Part shown: positions 1-12,823 of the stretch, in pieces
Numbering within the stretch: position 1 is the first letter of the stretch
Layout of the letters: every line of letters begins with the position of its first letter
Assembly (NCBI RefSeq): GCF_028641065.1
Contig: NC_073377.1
Coordinates: 64,914,001-64,978,000, forward strand
DNA length: 64,000 bases
Reading direction: 5' to 3'
From: Leucoraja erinacea
Taxonomy: Eukaryota
Made by a program: the position numbers and the translations under genes
Notes under the pieces: generated by a model
What the model was told of the DNA's origin: nothing
Databases searched by the model: none
The model's input: only the letters and a program-made list of their open reading frames with translations

Positions 1-70
1 GGGGTCGGCAACCTATGGCCCACGGGCTGGATCCGGCACTTAACCCGAAATCATCCGGCCAGCAGGCGTA
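1..70 (+). mobile_element. hAT-like MITE left terminus, cut by the window edge
   Basis: ggggtcggcaacctatggcccacgggctggatccggc resembles CAGGGGT...AACCT..GGCCC termini of hAT/Charlie non-autonomous elements. Confidence 0.4.
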
Positions 71-384
71 TTTTTCTTCAATTAGTTTTCGCGTCCTGCA
101 GGTGACCTGGGAACTGCAGCCAGACATGGGGCAAGCGAGCTGACCTGGGAACTGCAGCCAATCCTGGGGCACGCAGGTGACCTGGGAACTACAGCCAGAC
201 CTGCCAGCCGACCTGGACGCTACAGCCAGTCCCAGGGGTTTTTGCTGCAACATGTTTCACAAAACATGGGGGAGATTGTCCCTCACCTCTCAAAACATGG
301 GGGGGGACAGGTTCCCCACCCCTCCCCCCACTCCCAGGATTTCTGCCCATGGTCATCCATCAGTGAAAAATCTTCAGTGATCAG

Positions 385-475
385 TGATCAGCCATGATCA
401 CATTGAATGGCGGTGCTGGCTCGAAGGGCCCAATGGCCTACTCCTGCACCTATTGTCTATTGTCTATTGTCTATT
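385..475 (+). mobile_element. CR1 LINE 3' end
   Basis: gatcagccatgatcacattgaatggcggtgctggctcgaagggcc...ctcctgcacc plus (tattgtc)n tail; same end as at 35630-35720. Confidence 0.8.
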
Positions 476-2329
476 CAGTCAATAAACTATCGCATCTGTG
501 CAACTAAAAGAAGCGACCTTAGTTGATGAGAATTTGTTGTTTCCGATGAATTGATCAGTAAAAACCCTGTGAAAGGTGAATCAATCAGCCCCTAATTGTA
601 GAAGATCATTGTAATATGGAGTATCCTGTTTCACAAAACTTGGGCTCAATTGCAGACCATAGGTGTTCCAGGAACACGGCTTCACCTAGTGCTTCAGCAC
701 AAGCATTCCAAATCAGTTCTTCCCGACACTCTCCACTAATCCTGAGAGATCAACAGTCATATTTCTGCCACATAATGCAATTTGTAACAAATGCAAATGG
801 GAGGATGAGCAACCAAAAGCCAGCTGAGCATTTATGGATCACACACCGGGTTTCACCAAGCTTAGTCCTTGTGACATTTCAGTATGTGGTCATTTTCACT
901 GAAGGGCTTCTCAGTCCTATGATGAATCAGGGTATTGCACGTAGAGCTTACAAGATATCTCCTCTTGGGATGATGTTGGGTTGACAGCCATGCTTGCTGG
1001 GGAGATAACTTCCCACTAACAGTCCAAGTCAAACTGCAGGTGGGACAACATTGGCCACCCGTAAATACTCCCAGAAAGATATCAAATGGAAGGCACAGCA
1101 GTAAAAAAAGGAATAGAACATGCGATACGTGTTACAATGTTTGTACTTTAGTGTTTTGTTCCGGTAATACACTACAAAGCAACCGCAACTAGATTTATAT
1201 TGCATCTTTAATGCTAGAAAATATACCAAGATGCATTAAAAGAGCACTTGGTCAGAAGTTGCTTTTAAGGAGCTTATTTCTGTGATTTTGTTGAGCATTT
1301 CTTGCAAATGTGATTTCTGGATATAGGGCTATTAGTGACTTTTTTTTTTAAAGCAACACCATTTTGTGTTAAGGGAGTTGACAAGATGAAATGTGCTAAT
1401 ACTTGCCTGTGGTGAACATTTCTTCCAATTTCCTCTGGCCTGTATTTCCAGTAAAATAAGAATGCTTTAATCCATTTCCCAGTTCACTAAAAACACTGAC
1501 AAATTATCTCCTCCTGAGGTGTTAAAGAGATTGGAATTACATCTCATTCTCTTTCCTGATTACCGGCTGGAACTGTTCACCCTCCCCTTCCCCCTTCAAC
1601 AACATACAATTCTGCATACTTGTCCACGCATCCAACTTGGCAAATGTTCAGAGTCATAAACTCATCTGTAATCATTTAACAGATGATCTGTGAATGGAAA
1701 GAAAGTCTCTGTTCATTCAAAACCTACTTCAGCTGGCAACACACGGGCTCTCAGAGAAGCCCCAGTGAGGAAGTCAAAACACAGCCAGTGTCCTGAAGGT
1801 ATAAGTGTGCATCTTCTACAACACAACATCCTTCATCTCACTCTGACCTGAAAGCATTGTGATCTGTCTAAACTGCTCTCTCATCAATTAGAATCTGAGG
1901 TAGGTAAACCCGTCTGTACAGAATTAAAATCGAAGTTACAAATGGAGACGCAATTTGTTTCAGGTTGAAAACGGGTCCCGACCTGAAATGTTGCCTATCC
2001 ATTCGCTCCATTGATGGATACCTGACCTACTGAGTTACTCCAGCACTTTGTGCTTTTACAAATGGAGACTGGTTTCATCTTAAAGCACATCTCGGTTCAT
2101 GATGAAAACTAAAATCCTAGTATTGAGCAGTAACAGTCTGACAAATCAAAGCCAAGCAAGGTATGAGAATACATGTGATGTGCCAAAGAAATTTAGCATA
2201 TGCCAAAAACATTGCATACGCTTGCTAATCAAATCTCAATTGTTCAACAAATTTGCTTTACCCAGTCCATTAATGATCACCAGGGAGGACAGGAAAGAAG
2301 GGTGGATGTTGATTTATTAACCCTAAATG

Positions 2330-2790
2330 ATTGGGGAGAGTGTAAAATAGGTTTATCAGAATGCTGCTTGGATTAGATGGTATTAACTTTAAGGAGAGGT
2401 TGGACAAACTTAGATTGGTTTTGCTGGAGTGTCAGAAGCTGAGGGGAGACCTGATAGATGCATATAAACTTTTGAGAGGCATAGACAGAGTAGACAGTCA
2501 GAACCTTGTGCCCTGGGTGAAAATGTCAACAACTAGAAGGCATAGCTGTAAGGTTAAAGGGATAAACTTTCAAGGAGTGGTGAGGGGCAAGTTTTATTTA
2601 CACAGAGAGTGGTGGATGCCTGGAACATGCTGCCGAGGTGGTGGGGAAGTGACTCAAGAGGTTTGCGGATAGGCACATGGGTATGCAGGGAATGAAGGGA
2701 TATGAATTGGTTCAGATATGGCATCATGTTTGGCGCGGACATTGTGGGTGGAAGGGCCATTTATGAGCTGTATTCCTCTATGTTCTATGT
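2330..2790 (+). mobile_element. CR1 LINE 3' fragment (old)
   Basis: ERLDKLRL...LRGDLIDAYKLLRGIDRVD is the CR1 ORF2 C-terminus, followed by a ...gaagggcc...tctatgttctatg tail. Confidence 0.85.
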
Positions 2791-2894
2791 TGATGGATCG
2801 TTTGTTGGAAAAATTCTAAATTTGGAATTATCTCACATAATTGCACATTGACTCATTTAAAATTATTGGGTTTTTTTTAATCTAAGGAAGGTTC

Positions 2895-3170
2895 AGCAAC
2901 TCCAATGCCCAGGAATGAAGGAGATTACAAAAAGTGGTCAATGCTGCCCAGTCCATCATGGGTGCTGACCTTCCCACCATCGAAGGGATCAACAGGAGGC
3001 ACTGCCTCAAAAAGGCAGCCAGCGTCATCAAGGACCCCCACCTCCCTGGCCACACACTCATTTCACTCCTGCCATTGAAAAGAAGGCACAGGAGCCTGAA
3101 AACTGTAAGTCCACGTTCAGGAACAGCTTCTTCCCGACAACCATCAGGCTATTGAATACTACAAACTCCA
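2895..3170 (+). mobile_element. Rex1/Babar-like LINE 3' fragment
   Basis: VNAAQSIMGADLPTIEGI..RHCLKKAASVIKDPHLPGH; homologous to 61436-61735. Confidence 0.75.
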
Positions 3171-5899
3171 GCTCTACTCTGAACTACAACCTGCCTTGAT
3201 TGCACTGGAGACTTTTAGCATTGATTTGTTTTTCTTTTCTATTATATTGTACTTTTTATTTATTGAACTTATTTTTATGTTCGTTTATTACATTATCTAT
3301 GGAATGCTGTGCATAAAATAATGTAATCGTTCTGTTTCGATAATTATGCCAATGGAACATCCTTGACTCTGGGCCTGATGTTTGAGCTTGGCTGGAAAAG
3401 CCGGTGAAGAAGGGTCTCGACCCGAAACGTCACCCATTCCTCTATCCAGAGATGCTGCCTCATGAGTTACTCCAGCTTTTTGTGTCTATCTAAGGGTTAA
3501 TAATGCATCGACTTGTACTGTGAGAGACAATCCACAAGGTGGAGCTGTGTCTCCACCGATCAACAACTTGCTGCCTGGAGTTGCCTGGATATTAACATGC
3601 ACACCTACCCCCCACTCCATCATTTAGACTAGCAGTGGACTCACAAAACTCCGCTACACAGACACAACATCCGCATCCAGCTTTATATTTTGCAGCATGT
3701 ATTTACTTTTATTGCATTGATTATGTACTGTCTCCAACTGTAGTTGTACTACATGTATTTTTAAACGTGGAGACAACTCGAACGTGAAGTTATTCAAATA
3801 AATCTAAATCTAAGTCACTGATTCGGGAAGGAAAACTAAACAAAAACAAAAAAAATCTACCTTAGCATTGCATTTATATTAGAACATTAAAAGATCAACC
3901 AAGTAAATTAATGTTGCAGTTTAATTAAATGTGAATAGTATGTCATTTTCGCATGTTTGCTAAATTTGCTTTAACTTTTTCAAACGAAATAAACAGACAA
4001 AACGATATTCTTCATTGTGATTCTATTTAACAGAAGATTTAGGGCGCGAAGTATTTGGAGCAGAGGCTAATCCTTTCCTGGAACTGGGAATGCGTGGAAA
4101 ACGGGCTGTTTTTGTGATTTACCTGCCGCTGATACGGAACCCCCGCCTAAACAACAAAAGCTGTAAACATTTATTTCTGAGAAAGCGAGTAATGTTAATT
4201 ACGGCCAGTGAGTTCTGGGCTAAATTTAAATCAGACGCCACTGCCTAAACTTTCCCAGGATTTGAATCCTGCAATTTAGTCTAAATGCAATAAGTATTTA
4301 GCCATTTTAAAATGCAGGCTTACAGGGGAAATATAATGGCTATTTTAATTTAACGATATACTGTGCTCGTTAAATGAAGGTTATGTTAGACTCGAAGAAA
4401 TGTTTAAAACTGTAAACATGTAATAAGCATTTTTTGTCTATGAGCGCTGTTTTCCTTTTGGAGAACTTGGCGCAATTGAGATACCTGTATTGTTTTGTCA
4501 AATACTGATACAACTGAAGCTGTTAAATTCTCCAACATCCTTTCAACTTCTATTCAATCTGATGAAAGTCCATAGTATTCGGGTGTCCCACATTTTGGGT
4601 GGTGTAAACGCAAGTACAGGGGCACATCCAAAGCGGGCGATCCTGTTACTGTGCAGGCAATGTCACCCCAATAAACCAGACACTGCCACAACGCTGCAGC
4701 TAGTTTTGATGATTATTTTCCACGGCATTGTTGGCATTGTTTTCTACCCCCAAATGCAACGAATCTCCAATGCATTTAGAAATACACAGAGAGCGTTTGT
4801 GATAAAATGTTCGGAGAATAAAACGAAGGCACGGGGAACCCCAGATGATGGAATCTAGAACAAAACACAAAGCGCTGGAGTAACTCAGCAGGTCAGGCAG
4901 CGGCAGTCTGAGGAAGGGTTCCGCCCCTAATGTCGCCTATCCATTCCCTCCACAGATGCTGCCTGGCCGTTTGAGTTACTCCAACACTTTGTGTTTAGGC
5001 GGAGAGCAAACACCAATCTTCCAATGCAAGCTGGAGTAAAATCTGGCAAAACTAAAATAACTGCGAATCAACTGGGTCGACAGCGTTGCCCCGCGAATTG
5101 CCACTTTCTGAAAACTGGTTATTGCCCTTAATAGTAAGTGAGTAGAGAACAAGAGGGCTGTTGCAACAATATGAATACTTATGCTGTGGTGAACCATGAG
5201 TGCAATTCTACCCAGATCGTGTAGGGGGCGCCATAGTTCCCGTCTCGCACTCGCATTTGTACAAATTTCTATTCGATCTCCCGATGCTCAGTTCCATCAA
5301 TAATTCGATCCGAATTAGTGTCAACAAAACTCAAAGTGCTTTGTTTTCGTTTACTCGCCGTCCGCACAATTTTCTAACCTATTTCTGTAACGTTTTTCCA
5401 AATACTCACATGAGTTGATAAATCAATCATATATTGTTATCTATTCGTATTCGTTTCAAAGTTAGTGCGTTTTGAAAAAGCAAAATTATTTTGTAAACAC
5501 TTTAATGTTATCCATGCCACAAATAGGTACAACTACCCAGCGTCTACGTGAGCCTTGTACGGACAATGCTACTCAGTTATAGTTTTAGTCAAAACACAAC
5601 CCGCTGGTGGAGCCCAGCGGGTCACACAGCAGCATCTGTGGGGAGAGTGGACCGGCGACGTTTCAGGTCGGGACCCTTCTTCAGTCTGGCGTAGGGTCCT
5701 GACCCGAAAGGTCGTCTATCCATTTCACTCTCCAGATGCTGCCTGACCTGCTGAGTTCCTCCAGAACTTTGTGTTTTGCTCAACATTCCAGCATCTGCAC
5801 CGTCTTGGTTCTCCGTAGCTTTAGTTATTTCAACCACGTATGTATGAGATAGGGTTTATGATTCGAACCCCAATAATTGATCACATTTATTTGTCTCTC

Positions 5900-8800
5900 G
5901 ACTACCAAAGATTGGTAAATTGAAATTTCGTTTCTACGGTCAATAGGCTTTGCTCTGCGTGTGCACATGTAAGCAGCAGTTTGAAAACTTGGGTTCTGAG
6001 ACTGTAAACCATTACCCTGCCTGCTGTAGTAAAAGTCAGACACATAAGTCTTAGTTATCAGACTCAGCGAACCGCTTTTAATGTTCGCCCTCTGGAGACC
6101 ATCAAAAAGGGGGCAGCAGAATCCAGACTGACAGAGCCACGGTCCAAAACCGCTGTGCAAAAATCCTATTCGGCCCCTCGGAGACCGAGAGATGGGATTG
6201 GACAACGAACGCCTCTCTTGTGTAATGATGATGGGGTGTAATGAAAACCCTCCCGTGCTCACTTGAGCTGGCATCTTGCAAACGACGAGCAATGCCTCCC
6301 CCCGCTGGCGCTGGCCATCTCCCCATCGGAGAGAAGGTTTCGAGCACCGATTGCAATCTGTCCCGCTGCCCCAAATACTGCCATGAGTTAATAAAAGATT
6401 GAACTGCCTGCCCGGAATAGAACTACACAGCCACGCGATCGTCAATAACGAATATAAACGGGTTACAACAGTTTAAAACATTCGCCTCGCATTTATCAAA
6501 TACAGGGATTAAACTAGGGCGAATAGAAGGGATTTCCCTGGGACAGAAATTGCTTTATCAAAAGGTTGCCTTACAGGCGCTCCATTGTACTCGACTTTAC
6601 ATGGCTAGAAGCAACAGCAGCAGAAGCAGCTCCTTAAAGTGCCAGCTACCGACTGAGGTCGGATGCCCACTCTCCGTGCGCTCTCTTTTATCGCCATAGC
6701 GCGCGTTAACCGTTTCGGTGCCACCCGGACAGCTGGTCCAGTCCTCCCGCTGGGTTTTGGCACTTGGGTAAAGAGCTTGAAGATAGCTTCGGGCCAAATG
6801 GTTGCGCGACCCGCCGCCCGCTGGTTCTCAATCTGCTGTGTGAAAAATCAGGCGAAATGTTGGCGTTGGGGGGTGGGGGCTGTGAGAGAATGGTTGGAGA
6901 TTGTACTGAGAAAGAAAGGTGGGGGCGTAGGGGAACTGTGAGCCCCGTGCCTTTGAGAAAAGCCCAGAACTAAAAAAAAACGCAGGGAAACTTATAATAG
7001 ACTACAGATGTATTACTGGGGAGTGTGTATAAGTATGTGGATCAGGGAGGATGGGGGAGGGGATGGAGAAAAAGAGAAACAGCGAGAGAAGAGAGAGGAG
7101 AGATTATAAAAAGGAATGACGGAAATAAAAAAGGAAACGTGCAAAGGAAAGAAAGGGGAAAGATAAGAGGACAGTTGAGGTGGGAACGACTGGGAAAGAC
7201 GGCGCCTCAGAGAGCGGAAAGAGGAATTATTTACTGATGGGGTCCATCATACAGAAAAGAGCCTAATGCTTAACAGAAATAGCCCAAGCTGCAGGGAAGA
7301 TGTGTGAGCGCTAACAGGGAGAAGTGATGGGACTGGGGGTTGCGGGGAAACGGCAGAATGCTCCGAGACAAAGAGTCGCGCAACTAAAATAAACGCCCGT
7401 TCTGTTCCTACCTCGGTTACTTTAGCGCCCGCCGAAACTCCAGCACAGCTCACAACTCAGTGCAGCTCACTTCACGGACACTCCAACAGTCCTGGCACCG
7501 TTCTCCTTTCCTTCCTGTTTACGCAATTCATCCGCATGGCAAGCCTCCCGGACAATCCAAAAAATCTCTCCCTCCTCCACCCTCGATCCAGGGACAGTAT
7601 AGTATTGCCAGCAAAAAAAAAAAATCCTGTATCTTGTTCGAAATTCCTTAAACCCCTGACGCAGGCAACCGATGGCTTCCACATCCACCGCCAATGTGTT
7701 TGTCATTATAGGATCTGCGCACCAAAGCCATCATCGTTAGTGCTGTCCAAGTGCAATGCAACGAGCGGCGGGCTGGCGTGACACAACACCATCGGAGGCA
7801 GCAGTCCACTCACTCCCATCACACAACAGCAACACACCAAAAAACCCACTGCAGTCCTCAGACAAGTATTTCACATTCAACCTCCAGCCTCTCCAAGTCA
7901 AAGAAATTCGCACTCCCGCACAATTTTTTTTAAGCCAAAGATAACAATCTTCAGAAAATAGTCGTCCACACTAATATTAGTAGCTAAAAACTCTCGGAAT
8001 AAATTCGAAACAACTCTGAAACTGACCCTGTGTGTGTGTGGAGTGAGAAAACGAAACGGAGTTAGCAATTTGCGTTCCTCTGTCACAGCTTTCGAGCGTG
8101 AATTTCTTTACGAAATCGTCGAGCAACGATAATAAAACAAGCCAGCATCGGCTTAATTAATTTACTTCACGTTCCCCTTACCTTGCGTAAAGTGGTAAAT
8201 CCACAAACTCCTCTTAAAACGGGCGGCAGCATATAGGTTTAACGTTGGAGTTGTGCTCTGGCTGTTAATGGGCGCACAGAACAGCGTCTTGTAATTGATT
8301 CAATGTTGCAGTCCATCCTTCCAAAAAAACTAATCATTTGCTTTAAGTAAATAACTGTCAGGAAATGAAGCCCCTGTGGTCGCTTCAGAATAAGAGTCTC
8401 TGCTCTGCTCTCAGTCAGCGCCGGGAGTCTTGCTATAGCTTGAGATTCTAGAGGTTGCGCCTCCCCAACTCTTATCCACGCAGGGGCACAGTCACAACTA
8501 GGGCCGTCTTATTCAGAAAGTTGCCATATGTGCGTTTTGTAGAAAGTTTTGTACGGTGGAGAACCTTATTTTTGTTGTTCATCTTCCAGATCTTTGTGAA
8601 CAGATTTACACATCAAGCGATTTTACGAGAACAATGTATATTCGTAATACTATTTCGAAATAAATAATTTTAACTAGGTGCAAGAACTGGGTATTTTTAA
8701 GGGAAGGGAGGTGATTAAATGCTTTCTATTTCGTTTTTCTCTCTCTCAGCGTTTACGACCACCATAAATCTACAGGAAAAACAAGTTTTTGAAAAGCAGA

Positions 8801-9400
8801 ACGCATTTCATAACACCATGTAATTGTGTTGCTGTGTGATAAATTGGTCGTTTTCGATGAGTGACTCGCAGCAACTCCCGTTAGTAAAAGAAGGAGGCGC
8901 CCTTGCTCTGTCCCACTTTTCGTTTGCGATTGTACAGAAATCTCAGTTTTCGTGGATAATAAGGTTGTTCTGATTCTCGGTCCCAACCCCCTCTTTACTA
9001 TTTGGGCAGAAAGAAAGCAACGGGCTTGCGGGAGATTTTGGGGGTGTTGAAGATGGGGGAGAGCTACTGAACCAGCGCAGTGTTTATACACGGGTGGTAA
9101 AGTGTGTGTGTCAGTCAGACTCTGCTGGAAGGAGCGGGCGGCTGCGATGGTTTGGGGTTTTTTTTTTGTTTGCTGAGTGATGTTTCTCATCTTGCCTCCA
9201 GCCGCTAGCTGCAGTAATATATCTTCAGCGCTGTGAAGGTACAGGCGAACTATTACTTCCACATGTGCTCCAGGAAATCGTTGGGAGGCAACGCCAGGCC
9301 AGTCCGGCCAGTCTCTTGTTGGTGGCTACTCGGGAAATCCATAATACCCCAGAACAACTAGCCGACGGCACCGTGCCGGACACTTGTGCGTTTGAAATGG
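5900..9400. promoter_or_regulatory. CpG-rich, repeat-poor island-like region around the PDGFRA-like first exon
   Basis: Visibly more CG dinucleotides than the CpG-depleted flanks and few interspersed repeats. Boundaries approximate. Confidence 0.55.
8182..8400 (-). promoter_or_regulatory. pdgfra: PDGFRA-like proximal promoter / non-coding exon 1
   Basis: Minus strand reads ttcctgacagttatttacttaaagcaaatgattagtttttttggaaggatggactgcaacattgaatcaattacaagacgc, very close to the human PDGFRA 5' sequence as I recall it (TTCCTGACAGCTATTTACTTAGAGCAAATGATTAGTTTTAGAAGGATGGACTATAACATTGAATCAATTACAAAACGC). Followed by donor CAAG|gtaagg at 8182/8181. Same strand as Pdx, as expected for Gsx2-Pdx2-PDGFRA. No PDGFRA coding exon recognised in the window. 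Confidence 0.8.
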
Positions 9401-10039
9401 AAGCAAGAACATGTTATAAATAATGCACACTTCCCGAACGAGAGAAAAAAAATGTTTTGGAAGGGAACTGCAGATGCTGGTTTACAAAAAAAACCCACAA
9501 AAAAACTGGAATAACTCAGGGGCTCGAGGTGTACCCAGTCTTTATATCAGTTTTCACCTTCCCCTGCTCGTTTTATCCCCTTTCCACTTCCTTGGCGTTT
9601 CCCTCCTTGTCCTCTCCCACCTTCTCTTGCCTTATCCATTTGTATATTAATTTTCTGTTTATAACTACGCGTTAGGTATCATCCTTTTCATTTATATAGA
9701 AGAAACCTGGCACTGACATAAAATAAGTTCTGTTAGCCGCCTTTCCACGACAAATTCCTTAGTTTATAGGCAATCAAGGATCAAGAGTGTTTTATTGCCA
9801 TATGTCCCGTTAACGCCACTGGTCCACATTGGTTAGGATTAGATGGTGGCTGCGCGACTTTGAGAAGTCGTGGAGGCTTGTTTGGGTGTGATTTGGCTGT
9901 GGAGGCGGAGTCCTGGGTACTCTGAAAGTTATTGCTGGTTCCTGGAAACAAACTGGTCGCCGACTTTGACGGGATAATGTAAACATCGAGGTCAGAGCAA
10001 ACTTGAGTACAAGTGGAATGAGTGTGAGAGAGACGGGGG

Positions 10040-10071
<32 letters not shown>

Positions 10072-10629
10072 AGTGGCGAAGGCGCATTTGATACCGAACT
10101 GACTGGTTAACACCAAAACGATTGCACAATACTTGGTTACCCGTTCACGCAGACCGTGGCCGTCTGTGCATTGGCCCTTTGGTTTGTCTAGAATAAATTG
10201 GAATAATGCCTCGCCCAAAGACCGGGGTAGACTTGATGGGCCGAATGGCCTAATTCTGCTCCTATCGCTTCTGAATTTATGAACTTATGTCCAGGCCATC
10301 GCTGCGACTGACCAACGAGCCTGGCTGGATGGTCTCTCTTCACTGGCACACAGGCTACCCCAGTTCTACATGGTCGGGTCAGAGTGTCTTGGATCATCTA
10401 GCTTCAACATCCCAGCTAAACGCGGTATCCCTCAATGAACTCAGCGCCTAATTAAACCAACACAGTTGACACCAGCTACCCCATTCTAACCCCCTCCGCC
10501 ATTGTACAATTGGAGGGGATGGAGACGAGAGCCGGCAGGTTTGGGTTTGGGTAGTCCATTGGCTCCATGGTTTGGTCCGGTTACATCCCTGTGTCTTGAC
10601 CGCAGGTGGAACACTAGTTGCTGCTGGAA

Positions 10630-10925
10630 GGTGGGACAGCGGTAGAGTTCCGCGGTACAGCGCTACTTTTACAGCGCCAGAGACCCAGGTTGGATTCTGA
10701 CTACGGGTGCTGTCTGTCTAGTGCCTGTACCTTCTCCCCGTGACCTTGTGTGTTTCCCCCTGGTGCTCCGGTTTCCTCCCACACTCCAAAAGACGTACAG
10801 GTTTGTAGGTTAATTGCCTTCTGGAAATGTTCCCAGCAGTTAGGATAGCTACAGGGGGTCGCCGATCAGCGTAGACTCGGTGAGCCGAAGGGCCCGTTTC
10901 CACGCCGTATCATTAAACCAAACTA
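10630..10925 (+). mobile_element. tRNA-derived V-SINE (HE1-like)
   Basis: tRNA-like head (cagcggtagag...gacccagg), V-domain ttctccccgtgacc...ggtgctccggtttcctcccacactccaaaga, and CR1-type tail gccgaagggcccgtttcc. Confidence 0.8.
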
Positions 10926-10992
10926 ATTCATGAACAACTATCGTTCATCTCGGTGCTTCTGTGAACGAGTCTCTTCGTTCATAAACAACATT

Positions 10993-11031
<39 letters not shown>

Positions 11032-12789
11032 GAGGGACATCCGGCATTAACGTGCATGCGACCAGTCTACATTTATGCACAGCTGAGATAGGACGTACAT
11101 ATGCCACGTAACTCTTTACACAAACACATATCAGCATAATCCGATCAGGATCTGGAGAAGGCGATAACTCATTTGCAGATTACTCTCATGTTAGTTTATT
11201 CCAACCTCGAGATTTGAAATCTAACCATTGCGGTTCGATGCAGGTGCAGGTTGGGATAAAACTAAAGACTTTTCCATGAATAAATTCACGATTTGCTCCA
11301 ACATTTCGCAGTCCAGAATCCAGCAATTATTTAGATTGTCGTTTCCGTTTGTTTTGTGACCTTACTCAAAATGAATGCTTTGATGTACATTCTAAACAAG
11401 CAAAAACTGTTCCAAACAACAGTGTCACCAAGCGGAAATCAAAGCATCGCCCTGTTTATGATCATGCAGTTGATGGAGCTCCAGTACATCCCCGGGACGG
11501 CTGCCAGCGAGCGCTGCCTGTCACTCTCTGGAGATCGAGCATTGACCCCCAACTCCCCTTAGCGCATTCAACTGCAATTACCAGTCTCGTTCGCAGAGTC
11601 TCTGTTCCGCGCTCATTAACAAACATTTACCATAAAAAAGTTCCCTTGTGTGTGAATTTATTTGCGGATCTGGGAATGTGACAAGAGGAAGGGACGAAGT
11701 GGGCAGAACCAGCCCTCTGCCTGGAACGCAATCACCTCTCACTTTGTAGCTAATCTGCTTCATTTAATGCAGCGAGAGCAGACTAACTCCCCGTTTGATT
11801 GCCTTGGAGTCAGGGGAGTAATGGCGGGGTGAATATTACTGAAACTGCTGTCGCTCGGTGGGATGTCGTTTGTAAATCCCAAACATTTAAATCTCTCCGC
11901 GTCTTTTGCCCGACGCGGATTGTTAAATCGGACCAGCTGGGCCCTCATCTTGCTGGGGATGATCTGCCGGGAAAAAGGCAATTAAATAAACTGCCCGGCG
12001 ACCTGAGTGGAATCTGTGTGGTCCTAATGGGCAGGAGGGTAAAAAAATGCCTCCAAATTGACAGGTCTGTTTGTTTATTTGTTTCTTATCAGGCCGTGCG
12101 TCTGATAGAAAGCGTTAAAATGCTCACCATATGTGTCCCCCGATGGTTTATTGAAGACCTCTAGTCCCTACAGTGCCAACTCCTTGACCATATGTCACAC
12201 AGTGCTGGGACTCAAAGTAACCCATCGAAATGATACGAGTTTTTTGTATTAATCCCAATATGAGATGAATATTGAGTGAATTGTTCGCCACCTCTACAAA
12301 AAACATTGGATATGTTCAGAATCAGCACTAATAGAATCCAGACTTCGGTTTTACCACAACCCCACGCAGTGAGCGCTATTCGTCTCAAAATAACTATTAC
12401 TCTGTTCCCTGTGAGTGATAGCTAAGGCTCGTTGTTCCTTTGGGTGAGAGGGGATGTCTATATTAATTTTTGCGTGATTTTTAAATGTAATCGATTTGGG
12501 ATTAGTAGGTTCGTGTGAGCAGTTACTGCCAGCGCCTACCGCGAATTGGCCGCAAATGTAAACTAGCTGTGGCGTTTGATCTCATCTTTGAGACCAAGGT
12601 TTTACTGATTGATGCTCAAGCACGCTTCACCCGTGTAGCAGAGAGTACGTGCGACTTCAGCGTGCCAGCTTAGTTTCATGACTTTAAACCTTCATGTTTG
12701 TTTTGGAGATCAGATGATTTGTTAGGTCGCGAGTGCTGAAATTAAATAAAGACACAGAGTGATGGAGTAACTCGGTGAGTCAGGCAGCA

Positions 12790-12823
12790 GGTCTGAAGAA
12801 AGGTCCCGACCCGAAACGTCACC
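12790..12823 (+). ncRNA. Minimal type I hammerhead ribozyme motif (Penelope terminal-repeat derived)
   Basis: GGT-CTGAAGA-AA-GGTC-CC-GACC-C-GAAA-CGTC-ACC: CUGANGA and GAAA core, stem II, GUC triplet, GGT/ACC stem I. Confidence 0.65.

Noticed and set aside
1700-1810. Possible PDGFRA first coding exon (LTGASL...)
   Set aside because: No convincing ATG, acceptor and donor combination; similarity too weak. The coding exons probably lie left of the window.
6597-6797. ORF ending ELLLLLLLLAM as a possible RTK signal-peptide exon
   Set aside because: The Leu run comes from a CTG-type repeat at the ORF end, is followed by a stop, lacks a suitable ATG and donor, and does not resemble PDGFRA or KIT N-termini.
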